From the human T2T-CHM13v2.0 reference genome, Homo sapiens, in NCBI RefSeq assembly GCF_009914755.1, contig NC_060926.1: DNA of 64,000 nt; one strand, written 5' to 3'. A program made the translations under genes and the position numbers. This document shows, piece by piece, positions 1 through 13,984 of this stretch (its first letter is position 1; each line of letters begins with the position of its first letter). Below the pieces are notes generated by a model. It was given only the letters and a program-made list of their open reading frames with translations. It was not told the origin of the DNA and did not search any database.

Positions 1-136
1 GACAGAAGCTGTGTCTACAGCCAGACAAGATGGTGGATCCCCACCCATAACCTCCAGGCCCAGGGCCTCTGAGCCATGGTGAAGGGGTGGTTCAGAAGGC
101 ATGGGTGGGACAACTGAAGTACAGCAACATCAAGGT

Positions 137-759
137 TGTCTGGACCCAAGGGCACGATTTATGGTAGATACTTACTCACACACAAGGAAAAGAGTGTTAC
201 CAGCCACGGGTTCTTACGCTCCCATGCAACAGAGAGGTCACGGGGCCATGCATGTTCCCCAGAGGAGGCTTTGTCAGGAGTCTGTGCTTGAATACGAGGG
301 GACAGCACTGGAGAGAGAGGTCTCGGGCTGGCTCCCCGAGGGCAGGTCTTTTCGGTGTGTTAGGAAGGATGTCAGAGATAAGCATGAAGCATGCGAACAT
401 CATTACATGTGTGGGACAGAGCTCGGGGTGCATGGGCACAGTGAAAAATCAGGCTGATACATACATCGTGCATAATAAATAACACCTATGCCCCTCCTGG
501 GTGGGGATTTTACCATTCTAATGAGGCAAGAGGTAAAGCTCAGCCGTTCTTCTGGTCTTGTGCACATGCCAGTGATAGAGGTGACTCCCGTGAGTAAGGT
601 TTCCAGTGGAACCCTTGTTAGCTTGGTTTCTCCAGGGTCTATGGAGACAGTGGGGGTGGTGGGGCGAGCTCAGGTGCTTAGCTGATGTGCATGGGAAGAC
701 ACATCAGTGGGAATGGGCCAAGTTCCTATGGGGGCCAAGTCCTGTCCTTATGCTGTCTC
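137..759 (-). mobile_element. ERV1-class LTR (MER4/MER50-group-like), diverged
   Basis: The minus strand starts TGAGACAGCATAAGGACAGGACTTGGCCCCC, resembling ERV1 LTR 5' ends. Left boundary and subfamily are uncertain. Confidence 0.45.
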
Positions 760-1127
760 AAGATAAACTGGAAATCTTAGAGGACTTCCTGGAACTGGAG
801 TTAATCGAAAGTCAACATGGCAGGTTGTTATCCAAGGTGAAGCTGCTTCAGCCTCCACGTCTGCCCTTCTTGACAGTTGTACACAAGATCACGATAAATA
901 CTCTTGCCAAAAACATCAACCATGAATACGGTTAAGCATCTTGATCTATCCATTTACTGGAAGTATGGGGAACAGAAAAAAAAAGTACTTAAAAAAATGA
1001 GAACTATGATCGCTAAACTAGCTAATAGGACATCCATATAACAAAAAATCCAGTTTCTTCAACAACAGCAAAAAAAAAAAAAAAAAAATGTAAGGGGAAA
1101 AAAAAGAAATGAAGGAGGAATACCTAG

Positions 1128-1497
<370 letters not shown>

Positions 1498-1499
1498 TA

Positions 1500-3710
1500 A
1501 AATGTATTTTAAATTCATTAGAATGATTATAGAAATGTGAGGAGTGCTTGAATATTTGATGATATTAAGAGATTACTGTGGATTAATTTCAAGTTTGATA
1601 ATAAATTGTCACTATGTTTAAAGGTGTTGGTGTGTCTTTTGAATATACATGTAGAAATATTTAGAAATATGTGCAGAAATATACATTGGAATTACTAGCA
1701 CAATGGAATAAGGAAACATACAAGGATATTCACTGGCACATAATTTGATCAGGTGAAAAGGTAGAAAAAATATAAGTATCCAGATAGTACAAAATGGACA
1801 AAAGAATTGGTACAGCGATAGAAAGAAGGCTAGACCTAGGCCAAGGTATTGAATGAGGTCATCTTGGGCAAGGGGAGAGGGTGAGAAGCAGAGGAAATGA
1901 GATGGGCTCTGAGCTGATCAATGCTCAAGGCAGGTCATGGGTAAATTAGAGTTAATTATGCCATAATCTCCCCTAGGTATGTATTTGAAATTTTCCACAA
2001 TAAGGAGTTATATAAAAATATAAGAATAAAATAATTTTATTCAAAGAAAGATTAGGAGCTCCAATCTCTCATTTGAAACAATTGAAAAAATCTAAAAGAC
2101 CATTTCAACCAGAAGAGAATTTGACCCTAAGAAAAGGGTCAGTGTCTGCAAGCAATGTGAGGACATAAGTCAGCAACAAAACAAGACGTTGCTGAATTGA
2201 AGTATTTTTTTTATAAAAAAGTGTGAAAATTTTGTTTTTTAAAGGCAAAACAAAACAGTAATCATAGTTCAACATTATTTATGAACACAGATACAAAAAG
2301 CTTAAATAAAATAAATAAGTCATACGTAGCTGTTTACAAAGAAACATAAATCCATCTTGAGTAATTAACACTTATCTCAGGAATACAAAGATTATTCAAG
2401 AGCTAAACAACCTATCATTTACCTTCTTCATTACCTTAACAAATTGAAAGGGTAAAAAATAAAAGCCATTTCAACAGAAGAAAAAAAATTGATACAATTC
2501 AACCAATCAGTTACAATACAAATATTTATAAAATAATAATAAAAGAGATTTCTTAAATTTGATTTTTTAAAAAAGTATCTACCACAACCTTATATCAATC
2601 CTTTAATAGTGAAAAATTACCTTCATTTCCACTTAAGGCAAGACTAAAAATGTCTTTTTTATAAATTTTCATAAATTTCAAAATTTTACTGCAGGTGTTA
2701 GCAAGTGAAATGAAGCAAGTCAATGGGAATATGGGGGAAATATTCATTATTTGTGAACACAGTGGTTCTCTAAATAGAAAATACAAGTTAAAAATACACT
2801 ATAGAAATTGCATATCTAGCCAGATTTTAGTTTGGGAAGTTATTTGCAATGTGTAATACAGCATTAGTATCAGGATTACATAAAGGCCATCTACTCATCA
2901 AATACATGGAGACAAATGAGAAAAAAAGGAAACAGACAAAGAATGGATAATTCACCCAGGAGAAAATAACCAAATAGATAATAAGTTTATGAAAAAAATC
3001 AGCATCACTGTTAATTAAGAGTACAGACATCAAAGATGTAATTTCTTAGTTATTTGCTTTAAAAAAATAACAGATATGGGCAAGTAAGTTATCATGGATG
3101 TAGAGAAAATGAACTCTTATAAACAAGATGTTGGAGTAGATATTTATACAACCAGGCTGAAGAGCCATTTTACAGTGTCCATTAAAATTTCAGTGTGCAT
3201 CTGCTATAACATAGCAATTCCAGCTTTAAAATATATCTTAGAGTATCACTAATATATTTATATAAGGAAATATATTCAGATGTTCACGTTAGGGTGGAAA
3301 AGTAGAAAAAAATCTACATATCCAAATAGTAAGAAATGGACAAACTGCTTTCTGAGAAGCACGATGAGCCATTGGGGCAGATCTGACCATTATGTGCAAA
3401 AATCTGTGCTTCAAAATGATTAGAAAATTGATAAGCCCTTAGGCAAATCGATTAACAAACCCAAATTTCCAAAAATAAGTCATTATGTAAGAGGAGGCAC
3501 CAGTAGAGATCCTAGAGACATTAAAATTATAAGGAATGTGATAAATAGCAACATAGATGAAATCATCAAATTCATTGAAAATATAATTTACAAAGGTGAT
3601 GAACAAAAAATACAAAATCAGTATAGCCTGAAATTTGAATTTGTTAATTAAAACCTTCCTACAAAGAAAACTCCATCCAGATGGCTGTGAGTTCTGATTT
3701 CTAAGACTCC
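1500..3710 (+). mobile_element. Patchwork of old L1 (L1M) fragments
   Basis: A-rich sequence with degenerate L1 ORF2 and 3' motifs, e.g. TTGATACAATTCAACC, ATAGCAATTCCA and AAACCTTCCTACAAAGAAAACTCCA. Confidence 0.65.
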
Positions 3711-4054
3711 TTCAGTACATAGAGCTGGGAAAGCCTGCTGCAGGTTGTTTATCTGAGGACAGGGATCCACACCCCTGTGGAGTGCACCTGTGCCTAGTGA
3801 TAAAACTGTCACATGATGAGGACCTGTGGCCCCGTGCAGCATGGGTCTTGTTAGACACAAGCTCATGATGACAGGACATGTGGGAAGATATTTGACAGTC
3901 AGTAAAACTCTGCAAATCCTGTGTTGAGATGTTCAGGGAACAGTTTATAGTTTATGACTGGAAAGATAAGAGAAAGAACACTGAAGGGAACCCATCCCCT
4001 GGCACCTCCATACCAGCTTACTGTGTTCTTCCTGCATGTTTCATGTGTGGTTAG

Positions 4055-4987
<933 letters not shown>

Positions 4988-5007
4988 TTAACCTCATTTT
5001 GAAGAAT

Positions 5008-5530
5008 TTCATGAGTCCCAAGGGTCACCGACAGCCTCCCCAAGGCTCTACCTGTGAATAGAGGCCTCCCAACATCATGAGTCCCAAGGGTCATCGACAG
5101 CCTCACTGACACTCTGCCTGTGAATCAAGGCCTCCTAACGTCATGAGGCCCAAGGGCACCAACAACCTCACCAACGCTCTGCCTGTGAATCGAGGTCCCC
5201 CAATGTCATGAGGCCCAAGGTTTACTGACAGCCTCACCGATGCTCTGCCTGTGAATCGAGGTCTCCCAACGTCATGAGTCCCAAGGGCACCGACAGCCTC
5301 ACCGACACTCTGCCTGTGAATCGAGGTCTCCCAACGTCATGAGTCCCAAGGGCACTGACAGCCTCACCAACACTCTGCCTGTGAATTGAGGTCTCCCAAC
5401 GTCATGAGGCCCAAGGTTCACTGACAGCCTCACCGACACTCTGCCTGTGAATTGAGGTCTCCCAACGTCATGAGGCCCAAGGTTCACTGACAGCCTCACC
5501 GACGCTCTGCCTGTGAATAGAGGCCTCCCA
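5008..5530. repeat. Minisatellite, 65-66 bp unit, ~8 copies
   Basis: Unit GTCATGAGGCCCAAGGTTCACTGACAGCCTCACCGACACTCTGCCTGTGAATTGAGGTCTCCCAAC (starts 5401, 5467). Confidence 0.95.
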
Positions 5531-5559
5531 CCTCAACATTCCTTTTCAGTATGTCCTCT

Positions 5560-6144
5560 TTTCTTGTCCTTTTATTTTCCTGTTTTATTTTGGCATAAAT
5601 TAGTAAATTTTATTATGCATTTCGTCCTTTTATTGACTTTTTGACTGCATTATTTTTTTCAGTGTTTTCTCTTAAAATTATTATATCCATTTTTATTTTT
5701 ATGGTCTATTCTGATGTAAGATGGTGTGACTTCATCTACAGTAAAATAACCTCATGCTACTATAAATCCACTTGTCTTCCCTGCTATCTGCAAGTGTTGC
5801 CTCACATTTAAATTTTATGTTATAAAACTATCTTTTCTATTTTTGTTTGAAATAACCAATTAATTTTGAAGAATTTAAGCAAAGAAGGAAAATAATTGTT
5901 TTTATTTATTTTCATATTTATTATCTCTAGTATTCTTCATTACTTTATGACACCATTTTTCATCGGGTATAATTTCTCTTCAGCCTGAAGAATTTTCTTT
6001 AGCGTTTTTTGAAGTGTGGATCTGCTGGCAACACACTCATCCAGCTTTAATTCATCTTAAAATGTTTTTATTTACCCTTCATCTTTGAAAGATAGTTTTT
6101 CTAGATATGTTTGTCAGTTGAAAGTCTTTTTATTTTTGGTGACA

Positions 6145-6175
<31 letters not shown>

Positions 6176-6890
6176 GAGACGGAGTCTCGCTCTGTCGCCC
6201 AGGCTGGAGTGCAGTGGCGCGATCTCGGCTCACTGCAAGCTCCGCCTCCCGGGTTCATGCCATTCTTCTGTATTCCATTAGTTTTGTGACAAAGCATCAT
6301 TAGTCAGCTGTATCATTGTTCCTATCAGGTGGCTCCTAAGAGTCCAGCTTATCTTCAGCTTTCAGCCTCTGGCCTCTGACGGCTTGCTGTGTTTCCTGGA
6401 GCTGAGAATCACTGTTTCTGATTAAGTTATTTTCTACAAATGTTTCATCCATTTTGATGTGTTATTATTCTCTTCTGGGGCTCACATGGCCCATGAGTTC
6501 CAGCTTTTGATTCTGTCCCTGGCACAGTTGACATGGTGTTGCTTTTTTATTATTTTTTTTCATCTGTGCTATGCTTGAATTAGAATGTTTACTGACATGC
6601 TTTGGTTTTTATCAATCCAATTGCATGCATGTTAGACATTTTATCATGTCCAGTATGCCTTTCATATGGTGACTGCATTTTTTGGCTCTCTGTTCTTCAA
6701 CTTCAGTATTTTCTAACAAAGTAACTTCTACGGCATTGATTCTTCTTTGCTCTGCCCACTCTGGCATTTACATCCGGTGAGCTCTTCATTACAGCGATTG
6801 TCTCCTCGATTCTAGAATTTCTATTTGCTTCTTTTATATGGATTCCATCATTGTGGTAAAACTATCCGTGCTATTATCTATTTCATGTGT
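5560..6890 (-). mobile_element. Old L1 fragments, antisense
   Basis: T-rich sequence with antisense L1M motifs (TTTCTCTTCAGCCTGAAGAA, TTCATCTTTGAAAGATAGTTTT, TTCTAGAATTTCTATTTG). Confidence 0.6.
6153..6268 (-). mobile_element. 5'-truncated AluY fragment (right-arm 3' end)
   Basis: T23, then GAGACGGAGTCTCGCTCTGTCGCCCAGG...CACTGCAAGCTCCGCCTCCCGGGTTCATGCCATTCT; AluY diagnostics with most CpGs intact. Confidence 0.9.
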
Positions 6891-7396
6891 GTATAAAGCT
6901 GTCATTTAAATGGCCAATGTTAATGCCAATATGTGGGCCATACGTTACACCTAAAGTGGAGATTTCAGTTACCAGGAGGCTGGCGTGTGGCTTGCAGGAG
7001 GCTCTGATTATCCCACTCACCCCTCAGGGCAAGGGCTTCCAGGGTACCCTTAGAGCAGGGGCTTCCAGGGTACCCTGAAGGAGCCTATGGGATCCCTGGG
7101 GCCCCTCACTCTTCAGAAATCCTGGTCTCAACTTCCACCTCCAGCACCGCCCAGTATCCAGTCTGATTTGCAGCTCTGTTCTCTTGGGTTTCTTAGCTTC
7201 TTGATTCACGGAGGTTACACATTTTTAAAATGCCTCAATAGAAAGACAACACTGATAGGACCATCACTTTTCTGAGTCTTATTTTCTTAAGATCTGAAAC
7301 CATGAGACCTGCCTAATTTGCATATGCATGGATGCTCCCCCCCCCCCCCATTTTGTCCAAATGTTTTAGTTGTCTTGGCAAAGTATTGGTGTTCCT

Positions 7397-7563
7397 CCAG
7401 ACATTCCACAGTAACTGGAATGAGAACTTCCTGGTTGCATACTGAGAAAGGAGGACTTGGACAAAGGGAATTTGAGCCCAGACATTCAGCAGTAACTGCA
7501 ATGAGAACTTCCTGGTTGCATACTGAGAAAGGAGGACTTGGACAAAGGGAATTTGAGCCCAGA
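7397..7563. repeat. Two-copy tandem duplication, 81 bp
   Basis: CCAGACATTC...GGACAAAGGGAATTTGAGC starts at 7397 and 7478, near-identical. Confidence 0.95.
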
Positions 7564-10014
7564 GGCAGGAGGTGATTATGAGTTCAGCTTTGACACATCT
7601 TGGTGGCATACCAGTGAATATGCCATTCAAAGAGTCACACATGGGACCCAAACTCTCTGATGAGGACCCAGGGGGAGACACATTTTTAGGAATTAATAGC
7701 ATTGGGGGAGGGGGTCATCAAAATAAGGCAAAGCACTAAGATCACTGGGATAGAGCTCCTGGGGAGAGGGGAGGATGCAGCATCATCCCCGTTCTGGGCA
7801 GGTGGACCAGGAGCGGGCAAAGCAAACTGGACACACAGACACCGAAGAGCAAGGAAACCGGGAATGCCAGTAGCTCCAATGTCCAGAGACGGACGTGTAT
7901 TAGCAGATCAAATATGGCCGTTTGTGGGGAATGTTTACATCAAGCGCTTACACCTCACATACAGCAAGGGCATGAGTGAGCCTTACACGTAGGCCAGAGG
8001 CCTGTTCCTGCTCTGAAAATTCCAGGGCGGCACAGGAGTGGGGGATCAGAGAGAAAGTCGGTCTGGAATAGGGAGACTGGGCTTCCTACCCGTTAGGGTC
8101 CACTGAGATCACTGAATGGGAGTGGCCAACTGAGCGGGTTGATTTTACCCATAGTGTTTTGGGATGTTACACAGCCCTCCCTTAGACTGTGGCCAGACAA
8201 ATGAATTTTCCTATCTCAGTCACCACAAAGGTCAGAGGCCAAGTCCTGGTGATTCTCTAAACTGCTGTCCCGTGTGGTTTGGGACCTGGGGAACGAGGGG
8301 GCACCGCAGAGGGTGTCTGGTCCATCACTCCCGAGTATGTGGGCCTGGCTCACAAATGCCGCCCATGGAATGAATACCAAAGGGAGCTGTGCTTTGAATT
8401 GAGATCATTTGCTGGGGTCACTTATTAATTTGTCCCAAAATTTGCTCTGAAACTAACATCTATGAGAGGCACTCTGTAATAGTTGTGTGCTTTTTCTTTG
8501 TAATTAAAAATCAAAACCAAAAGCTGTCCAACAACTAAAATCATGGGCATTCCCTCCAAGCAGAGAGTGGGCATCCGAAGGCAAGGAACACTCAAACTGC
8601 AATGACAAAAATGTTGTTTCAGTTCCATCATGGGCATCAGTGGCAAATCGGATGCTGTGATGTGGAAGGTGGAGCGGGTTCTTACATGGTCACCCTGAAT
8701 GGTCTGGTCATCAGGACATGAAAGCCCTTGGGCCCTGAATCAAAAGCATCAGCAGTCTCTGATGATCCTGAAGACATCATCTTTACTATAATAATCTTGT
8801 GTTTATTTCTCTTCTCATTTGAATTTATTTTATTGTCTTTATTGTATAAAACAATCTAGATTTTTGTTCAAAGTGTTGACCATTTTATAGGCTTCCATCA
8901 TCATTTCCAGTTAAAAGAATATTTTAAACTATGATGTGAACTATATTGATGAGTAAATTCTCAAACACCAAATGCAATGACATTAAATATTAAAAATTCA
9001 TGCACATGGTTTCTTGAAATAAATAATGCACAAATTTGGCTTTTTATATTTAAAGATCATACATTTCTAATGTGGATTTCCAAGCTTTTATTATATATTA
9101 TTAAGAGTAAATTATTATAACTAGATGCATCCCATCGTTCATTCTGACCCTCTTTGAAGCACATCATGGCTCAGTAGTGCCTCTGGCAAAGAGTTGGCAG
9201 AGGAAAGAAGAAATCCCAATTTTCTATTTCAAGTATTGACTTCAAGGCTAAATCACTCATTCAACCCATGCAGGTGCTGTTTAGATCTGGAACAAAAGGG
9301 ATTCTTCATGCCCAAAGCTGGGACTGTGTTTATCAGCCTGCTCTTAATTTCCATATGGCAATATGGTCCAAAATTCGGACTTCAAACTCTAACGCATATG
9401 TTAATTTTCCTGTCCTAATCAGAACATAACCTTTAATTATATGAGTCAAGGTCTCATTTTTGTCTATTGTTTTAATTCTTTGGTTGAAGATAATTACTGG
9501 GATCTGTCCTCGAATTAGTGGGTATCATAGATTGTAAGAGCCAAGAGGAAACGTCAGAATGATTGACTTCCTCCTTTTCAGGTGGTAAAGCTGAACTTTA
9601 GAGAAGAGTGTGACCTCCCTGTGGCCAAGACAGATCAGAAACCTGGCCTCTGGGTCAGGGCCCGGCAGTCCCTCCCTTGAGCCTGCATGGTGAGGAGGAG
9701 GGTGCAGTCAGCCGCAGACTTGGCCCAGGTGTATGGGGTGCACCCTGTCTGCCTGTCAATGTCACTCTGGGTCTGCTCTCAAGTGGGTGAGCACCAAGGA
9801 AGGGAGATGCGTGCCCAGCCTGGTGCTCGCAGGGAGCCCAGTGCTTGCAGGGAGGGGGGCTGGTCAGGGCAGCTGCTCTGGGGTGGCTGGATGGGGAACT
9901 GGACTCCAATGTCCACACATGTAATTGAGAGACCCCTTAAGGTACAGTTAGGAGAGTGGGGAGCAAAGAAGAGAAGGACAAGGCCATGAGGCCATTCCAG
10001 AACCTCCCGTTGCC

Positions 10015-10400
10015 AGTGCCAGAAGACAAAATTACAACAAGTTTAGATTAAAGATCTTGATCAGTGTTGAGAATGCCCATCCCAATGAACCTAGCAGAGG
10101 AGGCTGTGATTTTATAGACAGAAAAGGAAGCGGGAAACACAACACAAGGGGGTTGTCTCTTTTATAAGAGTAGAACAGTCGAACAAGAGTAGAGCAGTAG
10201 AACAGACGACCGTCTCTCGTAAAGGACTCCGGTGGGTCTGGTTACTTTTCTTGTCAAGGTTGAAGCAGAGGAACCTGCTTACCATGCCCGCTAGGACCGG
10301 CCCATTTGGAGATCTGGCTTCTGTGGGCTTTCTCCTGATGTCTCCGGAGGTCAGATAAATAAATCTCTCAGCTCCTCCTTTATGGTGTGGGACCTGCGGC
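10015..10400 (-). mobile_element. Probable ERV1 LTR fragment
   Basis: AAAATTACAACAAGTTTAGATTAAAGATCTT and TTTTATAGACAGAAAAGG resemble antisense MER-class ERV1 LTRs; subfamily not resolved. Confidence 0.45.
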
Positions 10401-10937
10401 TCATTCCGGTCTGGTCGGCTGGGCCCTGTGCAGCAGCTTGTTCCAGACTGAGACCTTCCACAGAGTTCACTTAGCTCCATATCAAAGGGCAGAGATGCCA
10501 GGGGCCTGGGGATTCTCCAGACAAGGTTTACCTTCCCAGCATAAGGAAGGGATATTGGGCAAGGCAGGAGGATTATTTGACAGATTGTTAGTGCAGACAA
10601 GGACTTTCACAGAGGCAAATATATGGCATTTAAACCGTGTCTGTGCTCCTGTCCCAGATGCAAATGTGGCCAGAACTCTGCCCAGACATTCCCACACCTG
10701 GAATTAGTCAGACCATGTGCTGCTCCACCTTGAAGCATTGTTACCCAAATTGAAATGTGGCGTTTCTTGTTATTGTAATATTAGCACAAGGATGAAACCC
10801 TACCATGGAAGCAACCCAGGGAAGGGCCTGTGCACTGTGTACCCTCTGCCACCAGAGGAAATGTCTGCTGGGTGTGCTGCAGACTTCCGAGGGATGACAC
10901 AAGTTTTGTGGGGACTGAAGCCTCATCTTTCATAATA

Positions 10938-11250
10938 ACACACACATGATGCACATTCATGCATACATACATGCAGGACACACATGTGCACACACTTTCA
11001 TGACACACACATGCACTCCAGATGCTCATTCATGCATACACACACGCAAGACACACAAACACACACCTTGCACACACATAAATGACACATACAAAAATGC
11101 ACATTCATGTATACACACATGCAGGACACACACATGCATATGTGATGCACATTCATGCACACAGGATACACATGCACACACATACATGACGCACACAGCA
11201 ATTCATGCGTGGACACACACTAATGCATGCATGGACACACATATGCATAG
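10938..11250. repeat. Degenerate (CA)/(CATG)-rich simple repeat
   Basis: ACACACACATGCACATTCATGCATACAC-type low-complexity tract. Confidence 0.9.
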
Positions 11251-11799
11251 TGTACAATTCCCTTTTGTTTCTCACCATTAAAAATAATCCCATAATGCTT
11301 TAACTGATTTAAAATCCATTCAAAGGGCTGACAGTGGAAGACGTCTGATGACCCAGGTTCAGAGGCCCCCAGGGATTCTGGAGAGCAGAGACCTGGGCGC
11401 CTCTCTCCTGCCCACATGAGACAGAGACTCCAGAGTAGGCCAGGGGACCAAGAAGACACATGCTCAGAAGAGTCTGAAAGGCCGATGCGTGATCTCTCTC
11501 CATCTGCACCCCTCGCCCCACCCAGGCCATATCTGCCTGGGCTGCAGTGATTCCCCTGGGGCATCACCCCTTATGGTCCTGTCTCCACAGAGCTGCCAGA
11601 TGATCTTTCTACAAGACCTAAATCAGATGTCATGTCTTAATTGAAACCTTTAATGGCTTTCCACTGGACTCAGGATTCTTCTCCCTGATTTATAAAGCTC
11701 CATGATCTGGCCCCATCTGCATCCCAGCCTCCCCCGGGTCCACCTCCCTGGTTTCATATCATGATCCTCTTTCTTGTCTTTTTTTGATACTAAAACAAA

Positions 11800-12370
11800 A
11801 ACAAATACACTACCAATGTGAACGGTTGGCTTTTTGAGAAGATAAACAGTCAACAAAACTTTACCTGGACTAATTAAGAAAGACTCAAATAAATAAAACG
11901 GGAAATGAAGGAGGAGACCTCATAGCTAACACCACAGAAAGACGAAGGGTCAGATGACCAGTGTAAACAATTATGCCACAACAAACCGGACGGCCCACAG
12001 AAATATGAAGGGTCACACGACCAGTGTAAGCAATTACACAGCAACAAACCGGATGGCCCCAAAGAAATGGACAGATCCATAGACACATACGACCTGGCAA
12101 GACTGAACTATGAGGAACAGAATGTCTGAGGAGACCTAAATAGTACAGAGATTGGATTCATAATTAAAACAAAAAAAAATTTCCATCAAAGAAAAGCCAA
12201 GGAAGGGCCTAACGGCTTTACTGATAAATCCTACAGGCATTTAAGGAAGTAACACCCATCCTCCTCAAATGCTTTAAAAAAACTGAAGGAGAGAGGACAC
12301 TTCCTAATTCATTTTATGAGGCCAGAATTATGCTGATACCAAAGCCAGATGAGGACACTATGAGAAAAGA
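11800..12370 (+). mobile_element. Old L1 ORF2 fragment with an internal ~63 bp tandem duplication
   Basis: ACTTCCTAATTCATTTTATGAGGCCAGAATTATGCTGATACCAAAGCCAG is L1 ORF2. A CCACAGAAA...AACAAACCGGA block repeats at 11932 and 11995. Confidence 0.85.
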
Positions 12371-13494
12371 TGTTCTGCCCGGGATTTCTGAATCAGCTGC
12401 TCCATCCCCCAGGAAGGTCCTCACAGGCAGTCCCAAGACGGCCACTCCTGTGGTGCCGGCTCTGCATCCATGTCCACCTGCAGGCTCAGAGGAGCCCCGC
12501 ACCCTAATCTGCAGTGGCCGCCAATCACCCCTCCTGCTTCTCTGCCGTTAACGTCCACCCTGGGCTTGCCGGGTCCTTACGTTTCTGTTGTTGGTGGCCT
12601 TGTCCTCACCGGGCATCCCCTTCATCTACACGGAAGCCCCTGAGATGAGGGACACAGCCAGGGTTCTCACTGCTGCAGGCCCTGCACTCAGGAGAATACT
12701 GGGCATACAGTAGGTACTCAATTAATGCTGAATGAATAAGCGCATGGTGCACAGTGAACCCTCAGATATGGGAAGGACAGAACAGGCCATTCTGATGCTC
12801 ATTCCAGGCCCTACTGTGGGGTATCTTTTGTGTCACAGAGGAGCTTATCTGAGGGCCATGGAGATGCTCCGTGGGCCATTCTCTGATTTTGAGGAGATCA
12901 GGCTCGTGGAGGGGAGCCCGGCTGGTAGGCTGGAGCGGGTGCTTCTTGGCCCTGTTGCTGTCAGAGTTCCTGCCTTTCCCTCTATTCATAGCTGCCTCCT
13001 TTATGAAAGTCTCATTAATTTCACACTCTGAAACTGCGCCTCCAGGCACCTTGCTTGTTAGAGTGGAATCATGCTTTGAATGCGACTATCATTACAAAAA
13101 GCAAAACTCTAGTGGCTTTCTAAGGCTCATGTTAGAAACTCTCCTTTGCAGAAAACAGACCTTGAGATGGAGGAGTCAGAGGCTCTTTGTGGCTGCTGTT
13201 TGACCCTCACTGGGGAAGGGGAGCCATAAAATTGTCACGGGCCCACGGAGGCCTTCCCCGGTCCGTTGCCCTGGACTATGACAGAGGCCACATAAGCAAG
13301 TCCACAGGCACCACCCACCCAGCTGAGTAGGTAGGGAAGGTTGTCTGGGTCAGCTGAGACCCAGCACAGGTGTGTTTCACGGTCTCAGAAACTCACGCCA
13401 ACCTGCATCTCAGAAATGCAGTCCCCTCCACAATATTCTGGTGATGATTAATGATTGCAGATACATTAATTTAGTGCATATATTCCTTATTATC

Positions 13495-13984
13495 ACATCT
13501 CTGCACTCAGCCCTCAGTGCCACATCCACGTCTCTGCACTCAGCCTTCAGTGCCACGTTCACATCCCTGCACTCAGCCCCCAGTGCCACATCCAAGTCTC
13601 TGCACTCAGCCTTCAGTGCCACGTTCACATCCCTGAACTCAGCCCTCAGTACCACGTCATGTCTGCACTAGCCCTCAGTGCCACGTTCACGTCCCTGCAC
13701 TCAGCCCTCACTGCCACATCCACGTCTCTGCACTCAGCCTTCAGTGCCACGTTCACGTCCCTGCACTCAGCCCTCAGTGCCACGTTCACGTCCCTGCACT
13801 CAGCCCTCAGTGCCACATCCACGTCTCTGCACTCAGCCCTCAGTGCCACGTCCACGTCTCTGCACTCAGCCCTCAGTACCACATCCACGTCTCTGCACTA
13901 GCCCTCAGTGCCACGTTCACGTCTCTGCACTCGGCCCTCAGTGCCACGTTCACGTCTCTGCACTCGGCCCTCAGTGCCATGTTC
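13495..13984. repeat. Minisatellite, 33 bp unit, ~15 copies (MRE-containing)
   Basis: Unit CACGTCTCTGCACTCAGCCCTCAGTGCCACGTT. Confidence 0.97.
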
